DNA of 32,000 nucleotides from Pseudomonas aeruginosa (lineage in GTDB: Bacteria > Pseudomonadota > Gammaproteobacteria > Pseudomonadales > Pseudomonadaceae): NCBI RefSeq assembly GCF_001457615.1, contig NZ_LN831024.1:1260001-1292000 (forward strand), written 5' to 3'. Positions 22,479 through 32,000 of this stretch are shown one piece after another (position 1 is the first letter of the stretch; each line of letters opens with the position of its first letter). A program made the position numbers and the translations under genes. The notes beneath the pieces are model-generated. The model was not told the origin of the DNA. It did not search any database and worked only from the letters and a program-made list of their open reading frames with translations.

Positions 22479-23501
22479 TCAGTGGGTTCGGGTGACTTTG
22501 CTCAGGTGCCGTGGCTGGTCCGGGTCCATGCCGCGGGCTTCGGCCAGGCCGGCGGCCATGACGTAGAAACTCTGGATCGCCAGGATCGGATCGAGCGCCG
22601 GATGCGCGGCGCGCTGCAGCGGCAGGTCGCGTTCGGCGATGTCGTCCGGGGCGGCGAGCAATACCTGCGCACCGCGCTGGCGCATATCCTCGGCGAGCGC
22701 CAGCAGGCCTTCCTGCTCCGGGCCGCGGGGAGCGAACACCAGCAGCGGATAGCGCTCCTCGACCAGCGCCATCGGTCCATGGCGGACCTCGGCGCTGCTG
22801 AAGGCCTCGGCCTGGATCGCCGAGGTTTCCTTGAATTTCAGCGCGGCCTCCTGGGCGATGGCGTAGCCGGCGCCGCGACCGATCACCATCAGCCGCTGGC
22901 AGTCGCGCAGGACCTCGATGGCCGGCGACCAGTCGAGCCTGGCGGCCTGCTCCAGCCCGGCCGCCAGGCCCTGGCCTGCGGCCAGCAGGGCATTGTCGCG
23001 CTGCCAGTGGGCGAGCAGGCGGGCGCTGGCGCTGAGCGTGGCGATGAAGCTCTTGGTCGCTGCGACGCTGCGCTCGGCGCCGGCGCAGAGCGGCACGACG
23101 AATTCGCTGGCGGCTTCCAGCGGCGAATCCTCGGCATTCACCAGGGCGATGCCCAGGGCGCCGCGTTCGCGCAGGATGCGCAGGCTGTCCACGAGATCGG
23201 GGCTCTGCCCGGACTGCGAGAAAGCGAAGACGGCCTGCCCGGCGACACGCAGTGGCGAGCGGTTCAGGGTCACTACCGACATGGGCAGCGAGGCCACCGG
23301 CAAGCCGGCGTGCTGCATGGCCAGGTAGGCGAAGTAGCTGGCGGCATGGTCGGAGCTGCCGCGCGCGACGGTCAGCGCCAGGTTCGGATCGACCTCCCGC
23401 AGGCGCTGGCCAAGCGCCGGCAGGCAAGCGTCGAGCACGGCCAGTTGACGGCTCGCCACCGCGGCGGCGGAGAGCGCTTCCTCGAGCATCAGCGAAGTCA
23501 T
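22479..23501 (-). CDS. SIS-domain sugar isomerase / GlcN-6-P deaminase-like (GlmS isomerase-domain homologue without glutaminase domain)
   Basis: MTSLMLEEALSAAAVASRQ...VARGSSDHAASYFAYL...SQSGQSPDLVDSLR...AVAATKSFIATL...RGAGYAIAQEAALKFKETSAIQAEAFSSAEVRHGP; start overlaps the nagA stop region. PurL-like N-terminal Cys glutaminase is absent. Confidence 0.9.
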   Translation of the reverse strand: MTSLMLEEALSAAAVASRQLAVLDACLPALGQRLREVDPNLALTVARGSSDHAASYFAYLAMQHAGLPVASLPMSVVTLNRSPLRVAGQAVFAFSQSGQSPDLVDSLRILRERGALGIALVNAEDSPLEAASEFVVPLCAGAERSVAATKSFIATLSASARLLAHWQRDNALLAAGQGLAAGLEQAARLDWSPAIEVLRDCQRLMVIGRGAGYAIAQEAALKFKETSAIQAEAFSSAEVRHGPMALVEERYPLLVFAPRGPEQEGLLALAEDMRQRGAQVLLAAPDDIAERDLPLQRAAHPALDPILAIQSFYVMAAGLAEARGMDPDQPRHLSKVTRTH

Positions 23502-24589
23502 TCGAGTTCTCCTTCCACCATCACGGCGTCGAGTTCCAGGGAGCGATCCAGGCGCACCACATCGGCCCAGGCTGCGGGCGCCAGGCGGCCGCGCTCGGCG
23601 AGGCCGAGGTAATCGGCGGGGAATTGCGAAAGGCGTTGCGAGGCTTCGGCCAGGGGCAGGCCGATCTTCACCAGGTTGCGCAGCGCCTGGTCCATGGTCA
23701 GGGTGCTGCCGGCCAGGGTGCCGTCGGGCAGGCGCACGCCGCCCAGGCACTTGGTCACCGTGTGGCTGCCGAGCTTGTACTGGCCGTCGGGCATGCCGGC
23801 GGCGGCGGTGGAGTCGGTCACGCAGTACAGGCACGGGATCGAACGCAGGGCCACCCTGATGGCGCCGGGATGGACATGCAGCAGGTCGGGGATCAGCTCG
23901 GCGTAGCGTGCGTGGGCCAGGGCCGCGCCGACGATACCCGGTTCGCGGTGGTGCAGGCCGGTCATCGCGTTGTAGAGGTGGGTGAAGCTGCTGGCGCCGG
24001 CTTCCAGTGCGGCCACGCCATCCTCGTAGCTGCCCAGGGTATGGCCGATCTGCAGGCGTACGCCGCGCTCGGCGAGGGCGCGGATCAGCGGCCGGTGTCC
24101 GGCGATCTCGGGGGCGATGGTGATCACCCGGATCGGCGCGCGGCGCAGGTAGTCCTCGACTTCCTCGAGCACCGCGGCATGGGCGAAGTTGGGCTGCGCG
24201 CCGAGCTTGCCGGAGTTGATGTAGGGGCCTTCCAGGTGCACGCCGAGTATCCGTGAACCGCCCTCCAGCGAGCGGCGGCAGTAATCGCCGAGCTGGCTGA
24301 GGATGTCGGCGATCTCCTCGCGCGGAGCGGTCATGGTGGTGGCCAGCAGCGAGGTCGTGCCGAAGCGCCGGTGGGTGCGGGCGATGGTGGCGAAGGCGTC
24401 GCCGCCTTCCATGATGTCGCGGCCGCCGCCGCCGTGCACATGCAGGTCGATGAAGCCTGGCAGCAGGTACGGATCGGCGTTGCCGGCCGGATCGCAGGGC
24501 TCGCCTTCGATCCGCTGGATACGTCCGTCCTGGATGTGCAGGCGGCCGAGGACCCAGCCTTGCGGGGTGAGGATGTTGCCTTCGAGCAT
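23498..24589 (-). CDS. nagA: N-acetylglucosamine-6-phosphate deacetylase
   Basis: LLPGFIDLHVHGGGGRDIMEG, HLEGPYIN, HLYNAMTGLHHREPGIVGAAL, VTDSTAAAGMPDG. Confidence 0.95.
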   Translation of the reverse strand: MLEGNILTPQGWVLGRLHIQDGRIQRIEGEPCDPAGNADPYLLPGFIDLHVHGGGGRDIMEGGDAFATIARTHRRFGTTSLLATTMTAPREEIADILSQLGDYCRRSLEGGSRILGVHLEGPYINSGKLGAQPNFAHAAVLEEVEDYLRRAPIRVITIAPEIAGHRPLIRALAERGVRLQIGHTLGSYEDGVAALEAGASSFTHLYNAMTGLHHREPGIVGAALAHARYAELIPDLLHVHPGAIRVALRSIPCLYCVTDSTAAAGMPDGQYKLGSHTVTKCLGGVRLPDGTLAGSTLTMDQALRNLVKIGLPLAEASQRLSQFPADYLGLAERGRLAPAAWADVVRLDRSLELDAVMVEGELE

Positions 24590-24605
24590 GGCGGCTCCGT
24601 GTCGG

Positions 24606-25349
24606 TCAGCGTCGCAGTTCGGCGACGAAGTCGTAGTAGTCGTTGCGGCAGTAGGTGTCGGTCAGCTCGATCGGGGTGTTGTCCTCGAGGTAGCCGATCC
24701 GGGTCATCAGCAGCATCGCGGTGCCCGGCGCGATGCCGACCAACGCGGCATCGGACGCGGACGCGTTGATCGCGCGCACGTGCTGGAGGGCGCGGACCAC
24801 CGGGCGACCGATGCCGTCCAGGTATTCGTAGAGGGAATCGCCGACCGCTGTCGGATCCGGCAGCAGGCGTGCCGGCAGGGTGCTGTTCTCGATCGCCATC
24901 ACCGTGCCGTCGGCTTTGCGCAGGCGCTTCATGCGCGCGACCTTTTCGGTCGGCGAGAGGCCGAGGCGGATCAGTTCGTCGTGGGTGGGCAGGGCGATGC
25001 CGCGCTCCAGCCAGGTGGAGCCGGGGGTGAAGCCTTTCAGGCGGAGCATCTCGCTGAAGCTGGAGAGACGCGACAGCGGTTGTTCGAGACGCGGCGTAAT
25101 GAAGGTGCCGGAGCCCTGGTTGCGGCGGATCAGCCCCTGCTCGAAGAGTACTTCGAGGGCCTTGCGCGCGGTGACGCGGGAAATGTTCAGGGTTTCGCTG
25201 AGGTTGCGTTCGGAGGGCAGCGCTTCCTCCGCTTTCCACTGGCCGGCATGGATCGCGCTCTCGAGATTGCGCGCCAGCTGCAGATAGAGGGGGGTGGGTT
25301 GCGCCTCGTCGGGACGCAGGGCCAGGAGCAGGTCGTGGGCTGTCTTCAT
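24606..25349 (-). CDS. nagR: GntR-family regulator (GntR HTH plus UTRA domain) of the nag operon
   Basis: PLYLQLARNLESAIHAGQWKAEEALPSERNLSETLNISRVTARKALEVLFEQGLIRRNQGSGTFI, typical GntR-UTRA; first gene of the minus-strand nag cluster. Confidence 0.92.
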   Translation of the reverse strand: MKTAHDLLLALRPDEAQPTPLYLQLARNLESAIHAGQWKAEEALPSERNLSETLNISRVTARKALEVLFEQGLIRRNQGSGTFITPRLEQPLSRLSSFSEMLRLKGFTPGSTWLERGIALPTHDELIRLGLSPTEKVARMKRLRKADGTVMAIENSTLPARLLPDPTAVGDSLYEYLDGIGRPVVRALQHVRAINASASDAALVGIAPGTAMLLMTRIGYLEDNTPIELTDTYCRNDYYDFVAELRR

Positions 25350-25402
25350 GAGAGGTTCCGATGCGGATTGTGTTGTTGTCGCCCGGTAATGCTGGGAAAA
25401 CT

Positions 25403-25421
25403 AATACCACTTGAATACCAC
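25403..25421 (-). promoter_or_regulatory. Candidate regulator-binding direct repeat upstream of nagR
   Basis: AATACCAC-TTG-AATACCAC (minus strand GTGGTATTCAAGTGGTATT), an 8-bp direct repeat with 11-bp periodicity about 55-70 nt before the nagR start. Confidence 0.5.
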
Positions 25422-25510
25422 GTCAATGCCAGTTGTGCGTCGCGCACGCGTCAGCCAGCCGTCCCGTCGATTGACTCGGCCTGAGTAAGGGATGCAAGGG
25501 TTTGACGGAT

Positions 25511-25547
25511 AAAAGAAAACGCCGCCGGAAAATCTCGCGGCGGCGTT
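25511..25547 (-). terminator. Rho-independent terminator of the L,D-transpeptidase gene (minus strand)
   Basis: Stem AACGCCGCCG / CGGCGGCGTT; on the minus strand it is followed by TTCTTTT. Confidence 0.85.
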
Positions 25548-25591
25548 CCTGGCGTGGCTGACGGCTGACGAGTGGTATCAGCCTGGTTCTG

Positions 25592-26092
25592 TCAGGGGCG
25601 GATCTCGATCAGCGTGCCGTCTTTCACCACGCTCCAGACTTCGCGCATGTCGGTGTTGTTCATGGCGATACAGCCATTGGTCCAGTCCAGGGTGGAGAAG
25701 TACCACTCCGGGTATTCGTCATCCAGCGGGGTGCCGTGGATCATGATCATGCCACCGGCCGGCAGGCCCTTTTCCCGGGCCTTGGCCACGTCGCGGGCGT
25801 TGGGGTAGGAAATGTGCATGGAGAGGTTGTAGTTGTTGCTGGTCTTGCGCCAGTCGATCCAGTAGAAGCCTTCCGGGGTGCGGTTGTCGCCTTCGGCCAG
25901 CTTCGGGCCGGTCGGGCGCTTGCCCAGCGAGACACGGTAGCTTTTCAGGACGTTGCCTTTGTTGAGGAGCAGCAGTTTTCGCTCGGACTTGAGCACCAGG
26001 ACCTTGTCCACCTTGCCTTCCAGGCTCGGCGCGGCATTGGCCTGGGTCAGACTGGCGAAGGTCAAGCACAGCAAAGCAAGCAACCAGCGCAT
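25592..26092 (-). CDS. L,D-transpeptidase (YkuD) family protein, exported
   Basis: Signal-peptide-like N-terminus; HGTPLDDEY...DWTNGCIAMNN catalytic His/Cys motif. Confidence 0.9.
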   Translation of the reverse strand: MRWLLALLCLTFASLTQANAAPSLEGKVDKVLVLKSERKLLLLNKGNVLKSYRVSLGKRPTGPKLAEGDNRTPEGFYWIDWRKTSNNYNLSMHISYPNARDVAKAREKGLPAGGMIMIHGTPLDDEYPEWYFSTLDWTNGCIAMNNTDMREVWSVVKDGTLIEIRP

Positions 26093-26154
26093 GGAAGTGA
26101 AATCCCCGATGTTCCCTTGAGCCGCAACGGCGGCGGTGTTCGAGTGTTTGGCGT

Positions 26155-26709
26155 TCAGTCTTTCTTATAGGAAGCCAGCATAGGTGCAATGGCTTCGTTG
26201 CGCACCGGGAAGCAGCCTTCGCGGCGGTCGCTGAAGTAGCATTCTAAGGTACGGCCGATGGTCGGAAAAGCCAGCTCCGACCAGGGAATCTCCGCTTCGT
26301 CGAAAAGCCGCACCTCCAGGCTTTCATCGCCGGCGGAGAAATCCAGGTCGAGCAGCTCGGCGCGGAAGAACAGGTAGACCTGGCTGATGTGCGGCAGGTC
26401 GAAAAGGGTATAGAGCTGCAGGTCGCCGATCCGCGCGTTGGCTTCTTCCTCTGTCTCGCGGGCCGCCGCCTGGGCGAGGGTCTCGCCGTTCTCCATGAAG
26501 CCGGCCGGCAGCGTCCAGTAGCCCAGGCGCGGCGCAATGGCGCGACGGCAGAGCAGGACCTGGCCGTCCCACACCGGCAGGCTGCCGGCGACGATACGCG
26601 GGTTCTGGTAGTGCACGGTGTGGCAGGCGTCGCAGACGTAGCGCAGGCGGTTGTCGCCGTCCGGGATGCGCTGGACCACCGTGGCGCCGCACAGGCTGCA
26701 GAATTTCAT
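26155..26709 (-). CDS. NUDIX hydrolase with N-terminal zinc ribbon (NudC-like)
   Basis: FCSLCGATV...YVCDACHTVHYQNPR; NUDIX box GFMENGETLAQAAARETEEEAN. Confidence 0.9.
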   Translation of the reverse strand: MKFCSLCGATVVQRIPDGDNRLRYVCDACHTVHYQNPRIVAGSLPVWDGQVLLCRRAIAPRLGYWTLPAGFMENGETLAQAAARETEEEANARIGDLQLYTLFDLPHISQVYLFFRAELLDLDFSAGDESLEVRLFDEAEIPWSELAFPTIGRTLECYFSDRREGCFPVRNEAIAPMLASYKKD

Positions 26710-26849
26710 GCCAGGTTCTTCTTCGGGGAAAGGCCTATCTTGCTCGGCTGGCCGGGAGGCGACAAGGCCCCGTGCGGGAGGGGTGGGCTGGCCGGGGCTT
26801 TCGTGCCATGATCTCGGGGAAACGACAAGACCTCGGAAACCCCGGCAGT

Positions 26850-27461
26850 ATGAACTGCATGCTCGACCAGCTGCGCCAACGCATCGAGGCGCACCGCCCC
26901 CGCCAACTGGATACCGACCAGCGCTTCCCCCAAGCGGCCGTGCTGGTGCCCATCACCCGCAGCGACGATCCGGAGCTGGTGCTGACCCTGCGCGCCGCCG
27001 GTTTGTCCACCCATGGCGGCGAGGTCGCCTTCCCCGGCGGGCGGCGCGACCCGGAAGATGCCGACCTGGTGCGCACCGCCCTGCGCGAGGCGGAGGAGGA
27101 GATCGCCTTGCCGCCGGGCCTGGTGGAAGTGGTCGGGCCGCTGAGCACCCTGGTCTCGCGGCATGGCATCGAGGTCACTCCCTATGTCGCCTTCATTCCC
27201 GACTTCGTCGAGTACCAGCCCAACGACGGCGAGATCGCCGCGGTGTTCAACGTGCCGCTGAGTTTCTTTCGCGACGACCCGCGCGAGGTCACCCACCGTA
27301 TCGACTACTTCGGCCGCAGCTGGTACGTGCCCAGCTATCGCTTCGGCGAGTTCAAGATCTGGGGCCTGACGGCCATCATGGTGGTGGAGTTGGTCAACCT
27401 GCTGTACGACGACCCCATCGACCTGCACACGCCGCCGGCTTCGTTCATCAAACTGAGTTGA
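26850..27461 (+). CDS. NUDIX hydrolase, CoA pyrophosphatase-like
   Basis: [36 protein letters not shown]. Confidence 0.9.
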   Translation: MNCMLDQLRQRIEAHRPRQLDTDQRFPQAAVLVPITRSDDPELVLTLRAAGLSTHGGEVAFPGGRRDPEDADLVRTALREAEEEIALPPGLVEVVGPLSTLVSRHGIEVTPYVAFIPDFVEYQPNDGEIAAVFNVPLSFFRDDPREVTHRIDYFGRSWYVPSYRFGEFKIWGLTAIMVVELVNLLYDDPIDLHTPPASFIKLS

Positions 27462-27498
27462 CCGACGGGGCGCAGACCCCGGCCATGAGGAGATCGCG

Positions 27499-28023
27499 AT
27501 GAAATACCGCCTGGGCGATGCCCGCGTCGAAACCCATCCCGACAGCTGGATCGCGCCCAGCGCAGCGGTGATCGGCAAGGTTCGCCTGGATGCCGGCGCC
27601 AGCGTCTGGTTTGGCGCGGTGCTGCGCGGCGACAACGAGCTGATCCATATCGGCGAGCACAGCAACGTCCAGGACGGCTCGGTGATGCACACCGACATGG
27701 GCTATCCGCTGACCCTCGGCAAGGGCGTCACCGTCGGCCACAACGCCATGCTGCATGGTTGCAGCGTGGGCGACTACAGCCTGGTGGGGATCAACGCGGT
27801 GATCCTCAATGGGGCGAAGATCGGCAAGTACTGCATCATCGGTGCCAACGCGCTGATTCCCGAGGGCAAGGAGATTCCCGACGGCTCGCTGGTGATGGGC
27901 TCGCCGGGCAAGGTAGTGCGCGAGCTGAGCGAGCCGCAGAAGAAGATGCTCGAGGCCAGCGCCGCCCACTATGTGCACAATGCCCGCCGTTACGCCTGCG
28001 ACCTCGTCGAGGACCCGGCGTGA
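27499..28023 (+). CDS. Gamma-carbonic anhydrase-like (left-handed beta-helix) protein
   Basis: Hexapeptide-repeat pattern, [31 protein letters not shown]...[11 protein letters not shown]. Confidence 0.92.
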   Translation: MKYRLGDARVETHPDSWIAPSAAVIGKVRLDAGASVWFGAVLRGDNELIHIGEHSNVQDGSVMHTDMGYPLTLGKGVTVGHNAMLHGCSVGDYSLVGINAVILNGAKIGKYCIIGANALIPEGKEIPDGSLVMGSPGKVVRELSEPQKKMLEASAAHYVHNARRYACDLVEDPA

Positions 28024-28214
28024 ACGAGCGACCGGTGGCTTCGCCCTGCGTGCATGTCTGCGCGCTGGACGAGCAGGACATCTGCATCGGCTGCCAGCGC
28101 ACGGCGGCCGAGATCACCCGCTGGGGCCTGATGAGCAACGACGAGCGCCGCGAGGTGCTCGGTCGCTGTTTCGAGCGCGCCAAGGCGCAAGGGCTGGTCA
28201 GCGGTTCCGCCTGA
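28020..28214 (+). CDS. DUF1289 family protein
   Basis: [36 protein letters not shown]; GTG start overlaps the upstream stop. Confidence 0.88.
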   Translation: MNERPVASPCVHVCALDEQDICIGCQRTAAEITRWGLMSNDERREVLGRCFERAKAQGLVSGSA

Positions 28215-28251
28215 AGCGGATTCCGTTTTCTTTCATTTCCGAGGTTCTTCC

Positions 28252-29433
28252 ATGACCCGTATCGGTACCCCCCTGTCGCCGAGCGCGACCCGCGTCCTTC
28301 TCTGTGGCTCCGGCGAGCTGGGCAAGGAAGTCGCCATCGAGCTGCAACGCCTGGGTTGCGAAGTGATCGCCGTCGATCGCTATGGCAACGCGCCGGCCAT
28401 GCAGGTGGCACATCGCAGCCACGTGATCAGCATGCTCGACGGCGCCGCCCTGCGCGCGGTGATCGAGCAGGAGAAGCCGCACTACATCGTGCCGGAGATC
28501 GAGGCCATCGCCACCGCGACCCTGGTCGAGCTGGAGGCCGAAGGCTACACCGTGGTGCCCACCGCCCGCGCCGCGCAACTGACCATGAACCGCGAGGGTA
28601 TCCGCCGGCTGGCTGCCGAGGAGCTCGGCTTGCCGACCTCGCCCTATCACTTCGCCGATACCTTCGAGGACTACCGCCGTGGCGTCGAGCGCGTCGGCTA
28701 CCCCTGCGTGGTGAAGCCGATCATGAGTTCGTCGGGCAAGGGCCAGAGCGTCCTGAAAGGCCCCGACGACCTGCAGGCGGCCTGGGACTATGCCCAGGAA
28801 GGCGGGCGCGCCGGCAAGGGCCGGGTGATCGTCGAGGGCTTCATCGATTTCGACTACGAAATCACCCTGCTCACCGTGCGCCACGTCGACGGCACCACTT
28901 TCTGCGCGCCGATCGGTCACCGCCAGGTCAAGGGCGACTACCACGAGTCCTGGCAGCCGCAGGCGATGAGCGCGCAGGCTCTGGCCGAGTCCGAGCGGGT
29001 CGCCCGGGCAGTGACCGAGGCCCTCGGCGGACGCGGGCTGTTCGGCGTCGAACTGTTCGTCAAGGGCGACCAGGTGTGGTTCAGCGAGGTGTCGCCGCGT
29101 CCGCACGATACCGGCCTGGTGACCCTGATTTCCCAGGATCTTTCCGAGTTCGCGCTGCACGCGCGGGCGATCCTCGGCCTGCCGATCCCGGTGATCCGCC
29201 AGCTCGGCCCGTCGGCCTCGGCGGTGATCCTGGTGGAAGGCAAGTCCCGGCAGGTCGCTTTCGCCAACCTCGGCGCCGCGCTGAGCGAGGCGGATACGGC
29301 GCTACGCCTGTTCGGCAAGCCGGAAGTGGATGGCCAGCGGCGGATGGGCGTGGCCCTGGCGCGCGACGAGTCGATCGACGCCGCCCGCGCCAAGGCGACC
29401 CGGGCCGCCCAGGCGGTTCGCGTCGAACTCTGA
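28252..29433 (+). CDS. purT: Formate-dependent phosphoribosylglycinamide formyltransferase (PurT)
   Basis: [44 protein letters not shown]...[16 protein letters not shown]...[11 protein letters not shown]. Confidence 0.97.
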   Translation: MTRIGTPLSPSATRVLLCGSGELGKEVAIELQRLGCEVIAVDRYGNAPAMQVAHRSHVISMLDGAALRAVIEQEKPHYIVPEIEAIATATLVELEAEGYTVVPTARAAQLTMNREGIRRLAAEELGLPTSPYHFADTFEDYRRGVERVGYPCVVKPIMSSSGKGQSVLKGPDDLQAAWDYAQEGGRAGKGRVIVEGFIDFDYEITLLTVRHVDGTTFCAPIGHRQVKGDYHESWQPQAMSAQALAESERVARAVTEALGGRGLFGVELFVKGDQVWFSEVSPRPHDTGLVTLISQDLSEFALHARAILGLPIPVIRQLGPSASAVILVEGKSRQVAFANLGAALSEADTALRLFGKPEVDGQRRMGVALARDESIDAARAKATRAAQAVRVEL

Positions 29434-29434
29434 G

Positions 29435-30184
29435 ATGCGCCGGCTGGCAACGCTGGCCTGGTGGGCGGCGGCTCTGCCGTTGCTGCCGCTGGCGGTGCCG
29501 CTGGCTATCCGCACCCGCCGCCGAGCCTTGCGCCTGGCGCCCGCGGCGGGACCTCGCGAAGGGCTGGTCGGTGGGTCCGGTGCCGAAGAGCCGCTGCGCT
29601 TGCTGTTGTTCGGTGAGTCGACAGTGGCCGGGGTCGGCGCCAGTTGCCTGGACTACGCCCTGGCCGGCCGCCTGGCCGCGGCGCTGGGCGAGCGTCTGCG
29701 CCGCCCGGTGGCCTGGCAGGCGCTGGGCGAGAACGGCATCACCAGCGGCGAGGCGCGCGAACGCCTGCTACCGCAGGTGGCGGGACGTTTCTTCGACCAG
29801 GTGATCCTGGTCTTCGGCGTCAATGACACCACCAGCCTGCGCTCCCTCGAACGCTGGCGTGCCGACTGCGCGGCCCTGATCGAAGGCTTCCAGGCGGCCG
29901 GCGCGCAGGTGACCTGCACCGCGGTGCCGCCGCTGCAGCATTTTTCCGCCTTGCCCGGGTTGCTGCGGGCCCTGCTGGGGTGGCGCGGGCGGCTGCTCGA
30001 CGAGGCGCTGTGCGATCTCGCTGGCGCGACCGGCGCCGGCTACTGCCCGATCTCGCTGGACCTGCTTCCGGGCTACCTGGCCATCGACGGCTTTCATCCG
30101 TCGCAGCTGGGCTACCAGGTCTGGGCCGGGGCCCTCGCCGACTGGTTGGCGGCGAGGGAGAAGGGCGGCGTCGCGGTAGTCTGA
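29435..30184 (+). CDS. SGNH/GDSL hydrolase
   Basis: LLLFGESTVAGVGA block I, ALGENGITSGE, FGVNDTTS, DGFHPSQLGY. Confidence 0.88.
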   Translation: MRRLATLAWWAAALPLLPLAVPLAIRTRRRALRLAPAAGPREGLVGGSGAEEPLRLLLFGESTVAGVGASCLDYALAGRLAAALGERLRRPVAWQALGENGITSGEARERLLPQVAGRFFDQVILVFGVNDTTSLRSLERWRADCAALIEGFQAAGAQVTCTAVPPLQHFSALPGLLRALLGWRGRLLDEALCDLAGATGAGYCPISLDLLPGYLAIDGFHPSQLGYQVWAGALADWLAAREKGGVAVV

Positions 30185-30191
30185 GCGAGAC

Positions 30192-31505
30192 TCAGGACAC
30201 TGCGCCGAGGTCGTTGTCGCGGGTTTCCTTCAGGCACAGCACCGCCAGCAGGCTGAGCAGCGCCGCTGCGGAGACGTAGCCGCCGACCCAGCCCAGGCCG
30301 CCGATGCCGACCAGCTTCTGGGCGATATAGGGCGCCACCGAGGCGCCGAGAATGCCGCCCAGGTTGTAGGCCGCCGACGCGCCGGTGTAGCGCACGTGGG
30401 TGGGGAATATTTCCGGCAGCAGCGCGCCCATCGGGGCGAAGGTGACCCCCATCAGGAACAGCTCGATGCAGAGGAACAGGGCGACGCTGAACGTCGAGCC
30501 CTGGCTGAGCAGCGGCTCCATGGCGAAGCCGGAGGCGATCGCCGCCAGGCTGCCGAGCAGCAGTACCGGCTTGCGTCCGAAGCGGTCGCTGAGCCAGGCC
30601 GACAGCGGCGTGGCGGCGGCCATGAAGAGCACCGCGAGGCACAGCAGACCAAGGAACTCCTCGCGGCTGAAGCCGAGGCTGGCCACCCCGTAGCTCAGCG
30701 AGAACACCGTGGAGATATAGAACAGCGCATAACACACCACCATCGCCAGGGCGCCGAGCAGGGTCGGCCGCCAGTGCTGGGCGAACAGCTCGGCGATCGG
30801 CAGGCGGACCCTCTCGTGCTTGGCCATGGCCTTGGCGAACACCGGGGTTTCCGCCAGCTTCAGGCGTACGTAGAGGCCGACCACAACCAGCGCCGCGCTG
30901 AGCAGGAACGGGATCCGCCAGCCCCACTCACGGAACTGCTCCTCGCTGAGCAGCATCGCCAGGGCCAGGAACAGGCCGTTGGCGGCGAGGAAGCCGATCG
31001 ACGGGCCGAGCTGGGGAAACATGCCGAACCAGGCGCGCTTGCCGGCCGGCGCGTTCTCCGTGGCCAGCAGCGCGGCGCCGCCCCACTCGCCGCCGAGGCC
31101 GAGGCCCTGGCCGAAGCGCAGCACGCAGAGCAGCAACGGCGCCCAGTAGCCGATGCTGTCGTAGCCGGGGAGGACGCCGATCAGGGTGGTGGACACCCCC
31201 ATCAGCAGCAGCGAGGCGACCAGGGTCGACTTGCGCCCGATGCGGTCGCCGAAGTGGCCGAACAGCGCCGAGCCCAGCGGACGGGCGAGGAAGGCGATGC
31301 CGAAGGTGAGGAAGGCGCTGAGCATCTGCGCGGTGCCGGATGTCTGCGGGAAGAATACCGGACCGATCACCAGGGCGGCGGCAGTGGCATAGACGTAGAA
31401 ATCGTAGAACTCGATGGCGGTGCCGATGAAGCTGGCGACTGCGACCCGGGTGGTCGAGTTGGCCGGTTCCGGAGCGGCGTCGGCGGCGAGGGTGGCGGCG
31501 GTCAT
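30192..31505 (-). CDS. MFS transporter, metabolite:H+ symporter (MHS) family
   Basis: GTAIEFYDFYVYATAAALVIGPVFFP, RPLGSALFGHFGDRIGRKSTLVASLLLMGVSTTLIGVLP. Confidence 0.92.
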   Translation of the reverse strand: MTAATLAADAAPEPANSTTRVAVASFIGTAIEFYDFYVYATAAALVIGPVFFPQTSGTAQMLSAFLTFGIAFLARPLGSALFGHFGDRIGRKSTLVASLLLMGVSTTLIGVLPGYDSIGYWAPLLLCVLRFGQGLGLGGEWGGAALLATENAPAGKRAWFGMFPQLGPSIGFLAANGLFLALAMLLSEEQFREWGWRIPFLLSAALVVVGLYVRLKLAETPVFAKAMAKHERVRLPIAELFAQHWRPTLLGALAMVVCYALFYISTVFSLSYGVASLGFSREEFLGLLCLAVLFMAAATPLSAWLSDRFGRKPVLLLGSLAAIASGFAMEPLLSQGSTFSVALFLCIELFLMGVTFAPMGALLPEIFPTHVRYTGASAAYNLGGILGASVAPYIAQKLVGIGGLGWVGGYVSAAALLSLLAVLCLKETRDNDLGAVS

Positions 31506-31808
31506 GGTGGGAAGGTCCCTGGCAGTCGGGGCACGACGGAGTGCTTCCGTGCGGCCGGATGGTTATGGCCAGTGCGCCGATGCGGCGGCGCGGCGCCCGG
31601 GTGGGGCGGACGAGATCGGTCGCGCAGGGAGGATGGGGCTGCGCGCCGTGCGCCGGCTGGTACCGTCGGCATCGGGGCCGGGCGGGCAGGCGGGACTGGC
31701 GGGTGACTGGCCGGGGCTCGGGCTGCGGGTAGCGGCGGAACCGGCGGCAGGGCTGGATAAGCTGGGGTCGATTATAGAGCGCCGCGGGGCCGGTTCGGCA
31801 ATCCCGGA

Positions 31809-32000
31809 TCAGACGCTGGCGTCGCTTTCGACCAGCGGGGTCAGCGCGCGAGGATGCCAGGCGCGCACGCTTTTCACACGGTTTTCCGCCGACTGCTGGA
31901 TTTCCAGGCAGTAGGGGCCGATGCGCAGGCACACCGCGCAATCGGGGATCTGCTCCAGGGCTTCGGTGACCAGGCCGTTGAGGGTCTTCGGGCCGTCGCA
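31809..32000 (-). CDS. C-terminal part of a CorC/HlyC-type (CBS/transporter-associated domain) protein, partial at the window edge
   Basis: Reverse strand reads CDGPKTLNGLVTEALEQIPDCAVCLRIGPYCLEIQQSAENRVKSVRAWHPRALTPLVESDASV*, matching the transporter-associated C-terminal domain. Confidence 0.8.
   Translation of the reverse strand, partial: CDGPKTLNGLVTEALEQIPDCAVCLRIGPYCLEIQQSAENRVKSVRAWHPRALTPLVESDASV

Overview
A 32 kb high-GC Pseudomonas segment whose gene order and protein sequences look like Pseudomonas aeruginosa (recognised from memory, no search run). Most of it (about 7.2-32 kb) is ordinary core genome: multicopper oxidase, tadA, an aromatic/HAAAP-type amino-acid permease, a DUF2239 gene, mltF, purL, a CDGSH protein, a small NIF3/YqfO-like gene, a GlcNAc PTS/nag operon (nagE, nagF, SIS isomerase, nagA, nagR), an L,D-transpeptidase, two NUDIX genes, a gamma-carbonic-anhydrase-like gene, a DUF1289 gene, purT, an SGNH hydrolase, an MHS-family MFS transporter and the 3' end of a CorC/HlyC-like gene. 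The accessory part is about 322-7200, directly downstream of the guaA 3' end and its terminator. It carries an AT-richer gene for a formyltransferase-like/beta-propeller fusion protein, a 5' fragment of an acyltransferase-3 gene, and a separate SDR/MFS/AraC/MDR cassette, with no integrase or intact transposase. The best leads are: the fusion protein, which has Ser at the usual formyltransferase Asn position; the degraded polysaccharide-modification remnant; a CDGSH protein with an internal duplication and a Cys replacing the ligand His; a nagE with a second, Cys-less EIIB-like domain; TATCCGGATA palindromes flanking the permease gene; and a hairpin-rich leader in front of that gene. I found no convincing CRISPR array, tRNA, rRNA or complete defence system.
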